A stretch of 15,972 nt of DNA from Candidatus Izemoplasmatales bacterium (GCA_050177605.1 JBFXGX010000034.1:1-15972); one strand, 5' to 3'. Positions 1 through 10,229 are shown, numbered from the stretch's first letter. Made by a program: numbers and translations. Notes: generated from the letters alone by a model not told the origin.

Positions 1-1077
1 CTCACCATTAAGCACAATTTTTGATACTTGTTCTCCAATATCATTTTTACCAACAATTCTTATACCATCGCCTACCGATAAACTCTGCGTTAATAAAATC
101 GTTGTTTTTCCATAATGATACGATAATACTTTTCCAACAAGTACCCCTTGATGATTGGGTCTTGTCTCATAATTGATTTTATAAGGTTCTTCACCTAGAC
201 TATAACCTTTTGTAAAATCTCGATTAAACAGTTTTGCGAGGGTGTAGATGTCACTTTCTACCGAAGAAGACGCAACACCTCCGTAATATTCATCAATATA
301 CTTTCGATACATTTTAATGGTCTCAACAGTATATTCTAAACTTCTCATTCTTCCTTCTATTTTTAAAGAACAAACTCCTGCCTCAATCAGTTCTCCTAGA
401 TGTGGGAGTGTCATTAAATCCTTTGTGCTTAGTAAATAAGCTTCTTTATGAAACAATGTCTCATCTTTATACATTTCATATGGTAAACGGCAAGGTTGAG
501 CACACTCTCCTCTATTCCCTGAACGCGAACCATTCATCTGTGATAAATAACAGTTTCCAGAATAGGATACGCATAGCGCTCCATGAGCAAATATTTCAAA
601 TTCGATGCTTGTTTCTTGTCTGAACTCTTGGATTTTTTCGATACTTGTTTCTCTCGCTAAAATAATACGCTTCACACCGAGATCTTCCAAAAACTTCACT
701 TGATGAAGATTGAGTGTGTTCATCTGTGTTGAAACATGGATTTCTGTTTCAGGATAACGATGAATTAGTTGCCTTAACATGCCATAATCTTGAACAATAA
801 GTGCGTCTACATGAAACTTGATAAGCTCGTCTGTATATTCAAAAAAAGAAGATAGTTCATCTTCAAAAATAATCGTGTTGATTGTTACATAAACTTTGGC
901 ATTGCGTAGATGTGCAAACGTAATTGCTTCTTTGATTTGTTCAAGTGAAAAGTTATCTGCATTTGCCCGTGCGCCAAATCTTTTCCCGCCAATGTACACA
1001 GCGTTTGCTCCAGCGTTTATCGCGCCAATGAGTGCATCTATATTTCCTGCTGGTGCTAGTAATTCTACTTTTTTCAT
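1..1077 (-). CDS. Peptidase U32 family protein (RlhA/TrhP-like Fe-S-dependent RNA hydroxylase family), 3' end outside the window
   Basis: Not in the ORF track because it has no stop in the window. Manual translation from ATG 1077 gives MKKVELLAPAGNIDALIGAINAGANAVYIGGKRFGARANADNF, later HGALCVSYSGNCYLSQMNGSRSGNRGECAQPCRLPY and KIEGRMRS, which are U32 signatures. RBS AGGTGA lies upstream. Confidence 0.93.
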   Translation of the reverse strand, partial: MKKVELLAPAGNIDALIGAINAGANAVYIGGKRFGARANADNFSLEQIKEAITFAHLRNAKVYVTINTIIFEDELSSFFEYTDELIKFHVDALIVQDYGMLRQLIHRYPETEIHVSTQMNTLNLHQVKFLEDLGVKRIILARETSIEKIQEFRQETSIEFEIFAHGALCVSYSGNCYLSQMNGSRSGNRGECAQPCRLPYEMYKDETLFHKEAYLLSTKDLMTLPHLGELIEAGVCSLKIEGRMRSLEYTVETIKMYRKYIDEYYGGVASSSVESDIYTLAKLFNRDFTKGYSLGEEPYKINYETRPNHQGVLVGKVLSYHYGKTTILLTQSLSVGDGIRIVGKNDIGEQVSKIVLNGE

Positions 1078-1115
1078 CGATATATCACCTGATTCTATTA
1101 TATCTTATTTTTAAG

Positions 1116-1137
1116 AAAAAAAGCCACAAAGTGGCTT
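1116..1137 (-). terminator. Intrinsic terminator after the 99-aa ORF
   Basis: AAGCCAC-3nt-GTGGCTT hairpin directly after the TAG stop, followed by a U-run on the minus strand. Confidence 0.7.
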
Positions 1138-1437
1138 CTATTCTTTATATATATTCGGTAAGTTATCCCTCTGATCGACTAAGATGCTTTCTATTTTTTC
1201 GAAGACTTCATGTTTTTTCATAGGGAAACAATCTTCACAAAAATGAGGCTTGTTACAGTTTGCGCAAAATACACTCGTCATGTCCTTATACTCATTGATT
1301 ATTGCCAAAGTGGCATTGATTGTCTCAATTTCATCGTGTCTTCTCAAGAAATAGTAAGCTTCTAAAACTTCTTCCACCACTTTGTCTTGTAATTCATCGA
1401 TTCCGCGTAATTCTTTAATACGATGACTGGTTTTCAT
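1138..1437 (-). CDS. Hypothetical 99-aa protein with CxxC-x5-CxxC motif (putative metal binding)
   Basis: Strong RBS GGAGGAGG, TATAAT at 1472-1477 (minus strand), own terminator, and motif CANCNKPHFCEDC. Confidence 0.75.
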   Translation of the reverse strand: MKTSHRIKELRGIDELQDKVVEEVLEAYYFLRRHDEIETINATLAIINEYKDMTSVFCANCNKPHFCEDCFPMKKHEVFEKIESILVDQRDNLPNIYKE

Positions 1438-1542
1438 ATTTTCCTCCTCCTGTATGTATTTAATTAATATTATTATACCTCTAATTCATGAAAAGAAAAG
1501 GCTTTCATCAAAAAAACGAAAATTTTCTTACTAAGTTCAAAT

Positions 1543-1572
1543 AAAAAAGCGCGTTTTACTTTTCGCGCTTTT
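1543..1572 (-). terminator. Intrinsic terminator overlapping the GGDEF stop codon
   Basis: AAAAGCGCG...CGCGCTTTT inverted repeat (1545-1572) with a U-run on the minus strand. Confidence 0.7.
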
Positions 1573-2692
1573 CGAGTTTTAATTGATTCATTTGTTTATT
1601 ACTTTTTTTTGTATGATATAGTTTTCGGTCAACCGAAATGTACAGTCTATCAATAGTGTCTCCTGATTTCGAATACTCACAACCATAACTGAATTTAACA
1701 TTCCTGCATATTTCATCTTCTAAAGAAAATATATAATGATATAGATTGTCAATAATCTCATCTACGGTGCATTGATGTTCGATTACACATATAAACTCAT
1801 CTCCACCTAATCTAGCGGCCATCTTGCTTGGATAGATTGCGGCCACAAGTCCTTTTCCAAACTCACGCAATACTTCATCACCTTTATGGTGCCCGTAGGT
1901 GTCATTAATTTCTTTAAAATGGTCAATATCAATCGATAATAACTTAAAATTTGCTTGATTATCGATTCGCTCATTAACATAGTTTTCATAGCTTGAGCGA
2001 CTAAAAAGATGGGTTAAGTGATCAATTTCTCCATTGGTCGATTCAAAAAATATATAGATGACCAAAAGGCCGAACCCGATGGATGTCCAGGATAGATACA
2101 AACGTGTGTTTAACATCGATAAAAAAGTTCCAAGCATCGGTGTAAAGAAAAATGCAATAAATAAGAGGTATTGATGGTTTCTAATTCTTTTACGATTTTG
2201 AATCGCTAAAACAATAATATATACGTACGCCAAAAACAAAACAATATAGTGAATCCACTGATAATCTCCAGAAAAATAGGCATTAGTTCCTTTTTGAACA
2301 CCAAAATAAATTGGATAGAACAAATTGATGACTAACAATACAAAAGTAATAATCGTTGGAGTCATATAAAACCATCTTTTTTTTAGCCTTTTATACTGAT
2401 GAAAAATAACATAATCCATATAGTTTAAGAACATACCAACAATTAAAGGCGCGATAAGAATAAGGAGAAAATTAGAAGCATACTCGAGAAAATAAGCGCC
2501 TGGATAAGTTTGAACATCAAGAATCCAAGTAAGCGGCTCTAATAATACTGCAATGGCAGTAAGAATTAATGTATGATTTAAAAAATTCCGCCGTACACTG
2601 ATTACTTTGGATCGAATGAGTATGGTTCCAAATAATATCATTAACATTAGAAATGCATAAATATTCAATTGAAATTGCACCAAATAGTCCAT
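1556..2692 (-). CDS. Membrane-bound GGDEF-domain protein (putative diguanylate cyclase)
   Basis: Roughly seven hydrophobic N-terminal segments, then DIDHFKEINDTYGHHKGDEVL and ARLGGDEF motifs. Confidence 0.92.
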   Translation of the reverse strand: MDYLVQFQLNIYAFLMLMILFGTILIRSKVISVRRNFLNHTLILTAIAVLLEPLTWILDVQTYPGAYFLEYASNFLLILIAPLIVGMFLNYMDYVIFHQYKRLKKRWFYMTPTIITFVLLVINLFYPIYFGVQKGTNAYFSGDYQWIHYIVLFLAYVYIIVLAIQNRKRIRNHQYLLFIAFFFTPMLGTFLSMLNTRLYLSWTSIGFGLLVIYIFFESTNGEIDHLTHLFSRSSYENYVNERIDNQANFKLLSIDIDHFKEINDTYGHHKGDEVLREFGKGLVAAIYPSKMAARLGGDEFICVIEHQCTVDEIIDNLYHYIFSLEDEICRNVKFSYGCEYSKSGDTIDRLYISVDRKLYHTKKSNKQMNQLKLEKREK

Positions 2693-2715
2693 ATTCTATC
2701 CCCCTTTGCGCTTTC

Positions 2716-2724
2716 ATTATAACA
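2716..2724 (-). promoter_or_regulatory. Extended -10 promoter element for the GGDEF gene
   Basis: TGTTATAAT (TGnTATAAT) on the minus strand, just upstream of the GGGGG RBS and ATG 2692. Confidence 0.55.
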
Positions 2725-2851
2725 TGTTGTTTATCAATTGCATCAATTATAACGAAAAAGTAAAGATTTAGAAAATAAAAAAGCTCCCTTCATCAGAGTG
2801 GTATTTTAGTATACCATATCTCCAACTTTTGGAAGCTATTTCAATCTTTGA

Positions 2852-2926
2852 TGGCAGGGGTGACAGGATTCGAACCCGTACAAACAGTTTTGGAGACTGC
2901 CGTGCTACCGTTGACACCACACCCCT
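2852..2926 (-). tRNA. trnW: tRNA-Trp (anticodon CCA)
   Basis: Minus strand AGGGGTGTGGTGTCAACGGTAGCACGGCAGTCTCCAAAACTGTTTGTACGGGTTCGAATCCTGTCACCCCTGCCA: acceptor AGGGGTG/CACCCCT, anticodon loop CTCCAAA, T-loop TTCGAAT, encoded CCA end. Confidence 0.97.
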
Positions 2927-2945
2927 AGAAAAAGAGTCTACTAAT

Positions 2946-2974
2946 ATTATTAATGATTTACGTCTATTTGTCAA
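2946..2974 (-). promoter_or_regulatory. Sigma70/SigA-type promoter of tRNA-Trp
   Basis: TTGACA (2974-2969), 17 nt spacer, AATAAT (2951-2946). Confidence 0.7.
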
Positions 2975-2996
2975 GGAAAATAAGACGTAGGTGATG

Positions 2997-3026
2997 AAAA
3001 AAGAAGGCAAATATCCATCGCCTTCT
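2997..3026 (-). terminator. Intrinsic terminator of the V/A-ATPase operon
   Basis: AGAAGGC...GCCTTCT stem followed by a U-run on the minus strand, right after the atpD stop. Confidence 0.7.
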
Positions 3027-3029
3027 CGT

Positions 3030-3644
3030 TTAAGCTTCTTTTGAACTTTTAATCACTTTTTTTCTGGAAAACTCTTCTCGATCTTTTTCCTCTAAAGCTT
3101 CAGTGATGTACTTAATATTTTTCTCAAATTCTGGAATAACAACATTTTTCAATGCGTTCGCTCTTTTTCGAGCTTTTCGAATTGCATTTGCTAAACGATA
3201 GACTGAGTTGTCAATTTCAGCTAATAAAATAGTGAGATCACGGACTTTAACAAAATTTTGATAGGCATAATCAAATTTAGTATTTGTCATGGCAAAACCA
3301 TATTCCATTTCTATCGGTTTTGGCTGATAAATGATTTTTGGAATTTCAACGCCCATTACACTTCGATAGGTGATATTTAACCCTGTTTCTACAGGAATCG
3401 CCTTGGCGATATCACCAACAAACCCAAGCGTGATATTTGCTTCTTGTAATGCAATATAAGCTTTAGCATATGTCGACGAAATCTCATCTCGGAGTTTTCT
3501 AACGCTGTCAATCAACGTCATCATCTCTCGAATCAAAATATTCCTTTTTCGGTCCATCAAATCATACCCTAAATGCGCCAAGGAATTGGTTTTCTTAATC
3601 GCCATCAAGTTCCCTTTTGTTGGAAATACTTGTTTTTGCGCCAT
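3030..3644 (-). CDS. atpD: V/A-type ATP synthase subunit D
   Basis: N-terminal PTKGNL...GYDLMDRKRNIL, VMGVEIP, KRANALKNVVIP, LEEKDREEF; last gene of the operon. Confidence 0.96.
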   Translation of the reverse strand: MAQKQVFPTKGNLMAIKKTNSLAHLGYDLMDRKRNILIREMMTLIDSVRKLRDEISSTYAKAYIALQEANITLGFVGDIAKAIPVETGLNITYRSVMGVEIPKIIYQPKPIEMEYGFAMTNTKFDYAYQNFVKVRDLTILLAEIDNSVYRLANAIRKARKRANALKNVVIPEFEKNIKYITEALEEKDREEFSRKKVIKSSKEA

Positions 3645-3646
3645 GA

Positions 3647-5089
3647 TTAATTCCCCCGATCTTTGAGTTCTTTAATCACCGATTTAGATTTGATGCCGAA
3701 TAACTCGCCCGCTTTATCGGGGTGATAATACTCCTCTAACAATTCGTCATCTGTACGATCTAGTTCTTGTCTTGGAAGTATCGACAGTAAAGACCATCCC
3801 AAATCTAAAGTCTCATCGATGGAGCGATTGGATTCACTACCTTGAGATAGAAAATGTTCTTCAAATAGATTACCAAACACAATATATTGTTTGTCGGCAG
3901 GTGAAAGTTCATCTTCACCAATAACACTGGCTAAACTTCTGGCATCTTGAACTTTTGCATAGGAAGCAAATAATTGGTTCGCTAAAGATTGATGATCTTT
4001 TCTGGTGTATCCCTCACCAATTCCATCTTTCATTAATCTTGACAAGGATGGCAAGACCCCAACTGGTGGATAGATACCCACTTGATGAAGCTCTCTATCT
4101 AAAACAATTTGTCCTTCTGTAATATAGCCTGTAAGGTCAGGAACTGGATGAGTAATGTCGTCATTTGGCATTGATAAAATCGGGATTTGAGTTACAGACC
4201 CTTTGGATCCTCGAATTATCCCTGCACGCTCGTACATGGAAGCCAAATCTGAATATAGATATCCTGGATATCCTTTACGTCCTGGAATTTCTCCTTTTGA
4301 ACTTGAGAATTCACGAAGTGCTTCACAATAAGAAGTGATATCCGTTAAGATAACTAAAACATGCATATCATGTTCGTATGCTAAATATTCTGCGGCAGAT
4401 AACGCACACCTAGGTGTTAAAATTCTTTCAATAATTGGATCATTTGAAACATTAATAAACATCACTACTTTTTCAAGTACCCCTGCTTCTTCAAAGGACC
4501 TTTTAAAATAATCGGCAACGTCATTTTTTACGCCCATCGCGGCAAATACAACGCAGAATTCACTTCCTTCTTCTTCAGCAATCTTTGATTGCTTTACGAT
4601 TTGGACTGCTAGTTCATTATGTGGCATCCCTGATCCAGAAAATATCGGTAATTTTTGGCCACGAATCAAAGTTGTTAAGGCATCGATACTAGAAATTCCG
4701 GTATTGATATAGTTTCTTGGATAAACACGTGATACAGGATTCAATGGCGTTCCATTAATGTCTTGGTATTTGTCCACAAAGAGTGGCCCAAAACCATCAA
4801 TCGGTTCTCCAGAACCATTGAAAGTTCTTCCTAATATTTCTTTGGACAGACCAATCTCCATTGGTTTTCCAGTAAATTTAATTTTTGTATTATTGAGCGA
4901 CATACCATTGGTACCTTCAAACACCTGGATTGCAGCTCTTTTGCCTTCAATTTGAACTGTACGTCCATATCGAATGCTTCCATCTTTCATTTGTATTTCG
5001 ACCATTTCTTCGAAACCAACATTTTCCACATTATCTAAGAATATGAGTGGTCCATTGATTTCTTCTAGTCCAATATATTGAAGATTCAT
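3647..5089 (-). CDS. atpB: V/A-type ATP synthase subunit B
   Basis: [64 protein letters not shown]. Confidence 0.98.
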   Translation of the reverse strand: MNLQYIGLEEINGPLIFLDNVENVGFEEMVEIQMKDGSIRYGRTVQIEGKRAAIQVFEGTNGMSLNNTKIKFTGKPMEIGLSKEILGRTFNGSGEPIDGFGPLFVDKYQDINGTPLNPVSRVYPRNYINTGISSIDALTTLIRGQKLPIFSGSGMPHNELAVQIVKQSKIAEEEGSEFCVVFAAMGVKNDVADYFKRSFEEAGVLEKVVMFINVSNDPIIERILTPRCALSAAEYLAYEHDMHVLVILTDITSYCEALREFSSSKGEIPGRKGYPGYLYSDLASMYERAGIIRGSKGSVTQIPILSMPNDDITHPVPDLTGYITEGQIVLDRELHQVGIYPPVGVLPSLSRLMKDGIGEGYTRKDHQSLANQLFASYAKVQDARSLASVIGEDELSPADKQYIVFGNLFEEHFLSQGSESNRSIDETLDLGWSLLSILPRQELDRTDDELLEEYYHPDKAGELFGIKSKSVIKELKDRGN

Positions 5090-5104
5090 ACGCTTCCTCC
5101 TTTG

Positions 5105-6859
5105 TTACTTAATTTGTTTAAAGGTATCATCAATCAATGTGAAGTAGTCATCAAACTTCTCTATTTCATTGTTGGCGACATCATATTTCATTTTTATGAC
5201 TTTTTCAAACATTCCAGTAGCTTGTAATAAACTGAAGGCTTTTCCATCAGCTAAAACAAGTTGTGATTTCTTATATAAATATAAGATGACATCCATCATT
5301 CTTAATTGCTTTTGAAGAGGAACATACGTATCTTCTTTATGGAATGCGTTTTGTTGTAAGAAACCAACACGTATCACTTTTGATATTTCAATAACAAGTT
5401 TTTGATCATCTGGAAGAACATCACTACCAATGAGTTTCACAATTTCCATTAGTTTATTTTCTTCGGCGAGTAACGCCATAATCTTTTGTCTGTTTGTTAA
5501 AAAACGAATATCAATATTTTTATTAAACCATTTTGTTAAATCTGTAATATATTCTGAATAACTTAAATTCCAATTGATTGCGGCGTAGTGTCTTGCATAG
5601 GCTAGTTGTTTATCAAGCGCCCAGAAACAGCGTACGAAACGTTTTGTATTTTGAGTGACTGGTTCTGAAAAGTCAGCCCCTTGAGGAGATACCGCCCCAA
5701 TAACTGTAACACTACCGACAGTATGATTTAAGTTTTCCATGTAACCTGCACGTTCATAGAATTGCGAAATTCTACTTGGTAAATACGCTGGAAACCCTTC
5801 TTCTGCAGGCATTTCTTCCAAACGACCACTAATTTCTCTTAGCGCTTCTGCCCAACGTGAAGTAGAATCCGCCATAACAGCTACATGATATCCCATGTCA
5901 CGATAATATTCAGCAATCGTTAATCCTGTGTAAATCGAAGCTTCACGAGCAGCAACTGGCATATTGGATGTATTCGCAATGAGCACTGTTCTATCCATTA
6001 AAGGACGATTTGATTTCGGATCGATAAGTTCTGTCATTTCTTCCAAAACTTGAGTCATTTCATTTCCACGTTCACCGCATCCTACGTACACAATAATATC
6101 AGCATCACACCATTTTGCGAATTGATGTTGCATCATTGTCTTTCCTGTGCCGAATCCTCCAGGAACTGCAGCAGTTCCTCCTTTTGCGATTGGAAAAATA
6201 GTATCAATAATTCTTTGTCCACTAATGAGTGGAACAGAAATAGGTAATCTTCTATAAATTGGTCTAGCTGTTTTAATTGGCCATTTTTGTTGCATAGATA
6301 GTTTATGCGTTCTACCTTGTTCATCTTCAACTTCAACGAGCGTTTCGGTAATCTTATATTCACCGCTCTTTTTCAAGTTCACTACTTTTCCCTCAACACC
6401 GGACGGAATTAACATTCGATGTTCAATGAGTGGAGTTTCTTGTGTCGATGCATAAGTATCTCCAGGTTTCACAACCTGACCTAATTCAACTTTAACCACT
6501 ACCTGCCAGGTTTTTGATGTGTCAAGCGGTTCTACATCCGACCCCGCAGGAATAAATGCGCCCTCTTTTTCTGCTATTGAAACAAGTGGACGCTCTATCC
6601 CATCAAAAATATTGGTTAGAATTCCTGGCCCTAACGTAACTGATACTGGATTTCCACTTGCAAAAACAGGTTCTCCTGGTTGAAGCCCTGTCGTTGATTC
6701 ATATACTTGAATGGTAGTGAAATCTTTTGTGATTGAAATGACTTCACCCATTAATTTTTGATGTCCTACATAGACCATTTCTAGCATTGAAAAAGACACG
6801 GTATTGTCAACTTTGACAACCGGTCCATTGATAGAGAAAATCTTAGCTTGGTTCATCAT
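5105..6859 (-). CDS. atpA: V/A-type ATP synthase catalytic subunit A
   Basis: Walker [67 protein letters not shown]. Confidence 0.98.
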   Translation of the reverse strand: MMNQAKIFSINGPVVKVDNTVSFSMLEMVYVGHQKLMGEVISITKDFTTIQVYESTTGLQPGEPVFASGNPVSVTLGPGILTNIFDGIERPLVSIAEKEGAFIPAGSDVEPLDTSKTWQVVVKVELGQVVKPGDTYASTQETPLIEHRMLIPSGVEGKVVNLKKSGEYKITETLVEVEDEQGRTHKLSMQQKWPIKTARPIYRRLPISVPLISGQRIIDTIFPIAKGGTAAVPGGFGTGKTMMQHQFAKWCDADIIVYVGCGERGNEMTQVLEEMTELIDPKSNRPLMDRTVLIANTSNMPVAAREASIYTGLTIAEYYRDMGYHVAVMADSTSRWAEALREISGRLEEMPAEEGFPAYLPSRISQFYERAGYMENLNHTVGSVTVIGAVSPQGADFSEPVTQNTKRFVRCFWALDKQLAYARHYAAINWNLSYSEYITDLTKWFNKNIDIRFLTNRQKIMALLAEENKLMEIVKLIGSDVLPDDQKLVIEISKVIRVGFLQQNAFHKEDTYVPLQKQLRMMDVILYLYKKSQLVLADGKAFSLLQATGMFEKVIKMKYDVANNEIEKFDDYFTLIDDTFKQIK

Positions 6860-6875
6860 ACCACCTCACTTTAAA

Positions 6876-7481
6876 TTATTTCTTAATAAATAAGTTTGAC
6901 TTCTCATAGAACCATTGTTTTTTGCTTTCAAGAATCGAATCGAGAGTTTCATCAAGTTCAATTCCCTTTTTTTCACATCCAGCTAAAAAACCACCTAATT
7001 CTATTGAAGCGGTTTTTTCAATTTTGAATTTACCTAAAAATTCCTTTTTAATGACATCTTCAATTAAGTTGTCGCCGTTCTTAATGTAGAACACGATCTC
7101 ATCATGTTCAAAAAGAGGATTTAATTTCTTAACTTTGGAAGAAAGAAGCTCCTTATATTCATCTGTTTGTAAATAGGATTGTAATTTCTTTTTGACTTCA
7201 TCAAAAACGCTTTGGAATAAATCTTGTCTTCGAATCATTAATTCTTTGGCGTTCTCAGTTAATAGTTTATTCATCTCATAACTATGATCTGTCTTCAAAT
7301 CTTTTAGTTCGAGTTCTAGGTCATGATTGATGCTTTCTTTTAAGTCTTGATCTATTTTTGCAATTTCAGCACTTTTTATCGCGTTGATTTCTTTTGTTAG
7401 TTCATCAATTTTCTTTTGAGATGCCTCATGTATTTCTTTTTCGAAATACTTCAGCAATTGTTCAGATGATAAATATTCCAT
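6876..7481 (-). CDS. atpE: V/A-type ATP synthase subunit E
   Basis: Coiled-coil N-terminus, C-terminal LGGFL...IELDETLD pattern, position between F and A. Confidence 0.85.
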   Translation of the reverse strand: MEYLSSEQLLKYFEKEIHEASQKKIDELTKEINAIKSAEIAKIDQDLKESINHDLELELKDLKTDHSYEMNKLLTENAKELMIRRQDLFQSVFDEVKKKLQSYLQTDEYKELLSSKVKKLNPLFEHDEIVFYIKNGDNLIEDVIKKEFLGKFKIEKTASIELGGFLAGCEKKGIELDETLDSILESKKQWFYEKSNLFIKK

Positions 7482-7490
7482 TCTTCCACC

Positions 7491-7799
7491 TCACAGTTTC
7501 ACGCCGATAGCTTCACTTACATAACGGTCAATCGCTTTTCCGATATCTGTAGATCCATGTCGATCTGGAATCTCGACAATCAGTGGCTTCGGCTGTTTGA
7601 GTTTTAATTCAGAGACAACATCAGGACACAATTCAACTAATTTTGTCGTGATTAAAACAATACAGATTTCAGGGTCCTGTATTGCTTTTTCAAGTTGCTC
7701 GAGAACAGCGTTTCGGTCATGAACTACCACGCCTTCGATGCCCGCAAGCCTCATGCCAACTTGAGTATCAATATTGTCGCTAATTAAATAAAATTTCAT
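7491..7799 (-). CDS. atpF: V/A-type ATP synthase subunit F
   Basis: ISDNIDTQVGMRLAGIEG, PLIVEIPD, VSEAIG; 102 aa; operon context. Confidence 0.95.
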   Translation of the reverse strand: MKFYLISDNIDTQVGMRLAGIEGVVVHDRNAVLEQLEKAIQDPEICIVLITTKLVELCPDVVSELKLKQPKPLIVEIPDRHGSTDIGKAIDRYVSEAIGVKL

Positions 7800-7820
7800 T
7801 TAGATCACTTCTTTTTTTTA

Positions 7821-8258
7821 CTACAGTTTGAAATAGATTAATGCAGAGATGATAAGACCATAAATCGCAACCCCTTCACCTAAGGCAACGAAGATTAATG
7901 ATTTACCAAAGTTCTTCTCGTTTTCAGAGAATGCACCAATTGCAGCAGGAGCTGCAGCTGCTACGGCAATACCAGCACCTAACGCACTTAACCCTGTAGA
8001 TAAGGCAGCACTTAAGAATCCTAAACCTTGTGCGGTTGTACCCGCAATACTAACAGTGGTCGTTGCAGCAAAGACATGTACATTTGAAAACATAAAAATC
8101 ATCGTAAATGCAATAAATCCAAAGAAACTAGCCACATGTGTAATTAAGCGATTTTTCGCAACTTTTTTAGATGTTTTTCCTTGAAAAACTTTAATCAGTG
8201 GTAAAGAGATTAAAATTAAAAATAGTAATGGTAATAAAATTTCAGCTGTGTTTAACAT
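7821..8258 (-). CDS. atpK: V/A-type ATP synthase rotor subunit K (c/proteolipid)
   Basis: Gly/Ala-rich hairpin GLSALGAGIAVA...FVALGEGVAIYG with the conserved Glu; hydrophobic N-terminal extension. Confidence 0.93.
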   Translation of the reverse strand: MLNTAEILLPLLFLILISLPLIKVFQGKTSKKVAKNRLITHVASFFGFIAFTMIFMFSNVHVFAATTTVSIAGTTAQGLGFLSAALSTGLSALGAGIAVAAAAPAAIGAFSENEKNFGKSLIFVALGEGVAIYGLIISALIYFKL

Positions 8259-8282
8259 AATAAATCCTCCTAAAATATTTTT

Positions 8283-10202
8283 TTATTTTAATGTTTGAAA
8301 TGGCACTCCGTCACCTTCATAGTAACGAGAGAACATTTCGTAAAATTCCAAACGTAAAACCTGGATTCCAACAATCATACCTTCTAGAGCCATAACGAAT
8401 AAGTTTCCGAAGATAAAAATGATTGTTGTAATAATAGCATTGGATGACATTCCCATTACTGTAAATACAACGAGCATCATTGAGGCATGTGATAGTAAGA
8501 ATCCTCCAACCCTCATAAATGACATTGTATTTGTAATATAGGATAAAACGACTTCGAATAATTCAAAGAATCCTTCAACAAAGAATCCGCCAAAGCCAGT
8601 TGGAAAAGCCTTATGTCCTTCCAATTTTCTTTCGAGTGGTTCCTTTAAGAAAATTAAGAGTAATGGCGCAACAATAAAGGTTACAATGAGTAGTGGCGTG
8701 AATGCTTTGACACTAAAAATCATCGTTAAGACGATTCCTACAATAATATATCCATAAAACAAGAAACCGGATATACCATTTGGAGAAAAGAGTACATCCG
8801 CATACTTTTTCTTTTTGAAATTGGTATAGGTATTAATAATAATCGATATCAAAATAAGGATGGCACCAATCGCGACTGCAGAGAGCAATAGATATAATGT
8901 CATATTTGAATCCAGAACACGAATAGGTAAGAAGCCAATTCCTATCTTTTCATAAAGTGTCAACAAGATTTCTTCGTTTCCAAACACTGAACCAAACAAC
9001 AATCCAAAGAAAGCTGAGAACAAACCAATTCTCATCCCAACTTCTCCTAATTGAAGATGTTTCTTTTTATAGAAATAATATCCAATAAGTGCCAGTAATA
9101 AACCTTGTCCAAAATCCGCAAACATAATTCCAAATAAAAGCGAATAAGTCAACGCAACAAATGGGGTAGGATCAATTCCTCCATATTTTGGTATCCCATA
9201 CATCTCAACAAACATCGAGAAAGGACGAGTAAACCAATTATTCTTAAGTTTCGTAGGAGGTAGCAACCGTTTATCGCTTAACGCTGGCCGGAAAAGCACT
9301 TCTACTTCTTTTAAATCTTTATACTTTTCTATAATGATTTTTTCATCTTTTTGTTCGATAAATCCTGTGATTGTGAATTTATCGCCAAGACCAACAACAT
9401 ATTTCTTTGCATCATAGATTTTATTTAACATTAATAACTCTGATTTGATATGAGAGATATCATGGTGCGCTTCTTTCAGCACTTCAAAAAGAGATTGTTT
9501 TACCTTTTCAAGATGTGATGTTGTAAGTTCTATCTCTTGAATTAATTTTACTTCGGCATCTTCTGGTGTCCCGTGCACAAAGTCTGGAATGTGAATTCGT
9601 TCAAAAAACAAGGATGAGAAAATATTATCAACTTCTCGTTCGTAATCATTGGAGGTAAAATACATACACCAACTATAGTTTTTATCTACACTAAATGACT
9701 TAAAGATAAACGGTCGATTACGATAGAATCTTAATTTTTCAACACTGTCCATTGGAAGTCTTCCTACACGAGAAACAACATAATCACAAGAAAACACATC
9801 ATCAAGGGAAATATCTAAACTATTAATGTTTTTCACTTGAATGAGCGCATCTTGATATTTTCGAACTAAGTCAAGTGTTACCTTCTTTTGATCAAGCAAC
9901 GCTGTTAATTTATGATGAGTAGATTCAACGTACTCCTTCATTTTATCGAGTGAATCATCAATTTGGCACATTTCTTGCACTTCGATATCAATATTAAACT
10001 CGGCCTCAATCTCGAGGATTTCTTTCAATATTAAATTACATGGATTATCAGAAGAAAATGATGTTAATCCATGAACTTTATCAACAAACTGCGTTGCTGG
10101 AACTGGGTGAATATCATGAAGTTCCACAAATCTAGCAAGGACACGATCAAGATAATCGATGTTTGATGTAATATTCACAAGTCTGGTTTTTGCGATTGCC
10201 AT
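8283..10202 (-). CDS. atpI: V/A-type ATP synthase subunit I (a), full length
   Basis: Soluble N-half, PPTKLKNN, YGIPKYGGIDPT, FGIMFADFGQG, essential-Arg region NTMSFMRVGGF, LRLEFYEMFSRYY. Confidence 0.96.
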   Translation of the reverse strand: MAIAKTRLVNITSNIDYLDRVLARFVELHDIHPVPATQFVDKVHGLTSFSSDNPCNLILKEILEIEAEFNIDIEVQEMCQIDDSLDKMKEYVESTHHKLTALLDQKKVTLDLVRKYQDALIQVKNINSLDISLDDVFSCDYVVSRVGRLPMDSVEKLRFYRNRPFIFKSFSVDKNYSWCMYFTSNDYEREVDNIFSSLFFERIHIPDFVHGTPEDAEVKLIQEIELTTSHLEKVKQSLFEVLKEAHHDISHIKSELLMLNKIYDAKKYVVGLGDKFTITGFIEQKDEKIIIEKYKDLKEVEVLFRPALSDKRLLPPTKLKNNWFTRPFSMFVEMYGIPKYGGIDPTPFVALTYSLLFGIMFADFGQGLLLALIGYYFYKKKHLQLGEVGMRIGLFSAFFGLLFGSVFGNEEILLTLYEKIGIGFLPIRVLDSNMTLYLLLSAVAIGAILILISIIINTYTNFKKKKYADVLFSPNGISGFLFYGYIIVGIVLTMIFSVKAFTPLLIVTFIVAPLLLIFLKEPLERKLEGHKAFPTGFGGFFVEGFFELFEVVLSYITNTMSFMRVGGFLLSHASMMLVVFTVMGMSSNAIITTIIFIFGNLFVMALEGMIVGIQVLRLEFYEMFSRYYEGDGVPFQTLK

Positions 10203-10229
10203 GACGTGGCCTCCTTTCTTGCCAAAAAG

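Noticed and set aside
402..1223. Short plus-strand ORFs (402..623, 896..1114, 1032..1223) and similar short antisense or out-of-frame ORFs within the GGDEF, ATPase and TPR genes
   Set aside because: They overlap well-supported minus-strand genes and show no recognisable motifs.
2760..2860. Integrative element or att site at the tRNA 3' end
   Set aside because: No integrase gene, and I saw no duplicated tRNA 3' end in the window.
2852..2926. tRNA-Trp as a UGA-recoding or suppressor tRNA (U11-A24 pair, G-U at the top of the anticodon stem)
   Set aside because: The anticodon is CCA, A24 also occurs naturally in Bacillus tRNA-Trp, TGA terminates atpF at the expected position, and the long genes translate fully in code 11.
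2768..3010. 80-aa ORF spanning the tRNA
   Set aside because: It overlaps tRNA-Trp, its promoter and the ATPase terminator, with no protein-like features.
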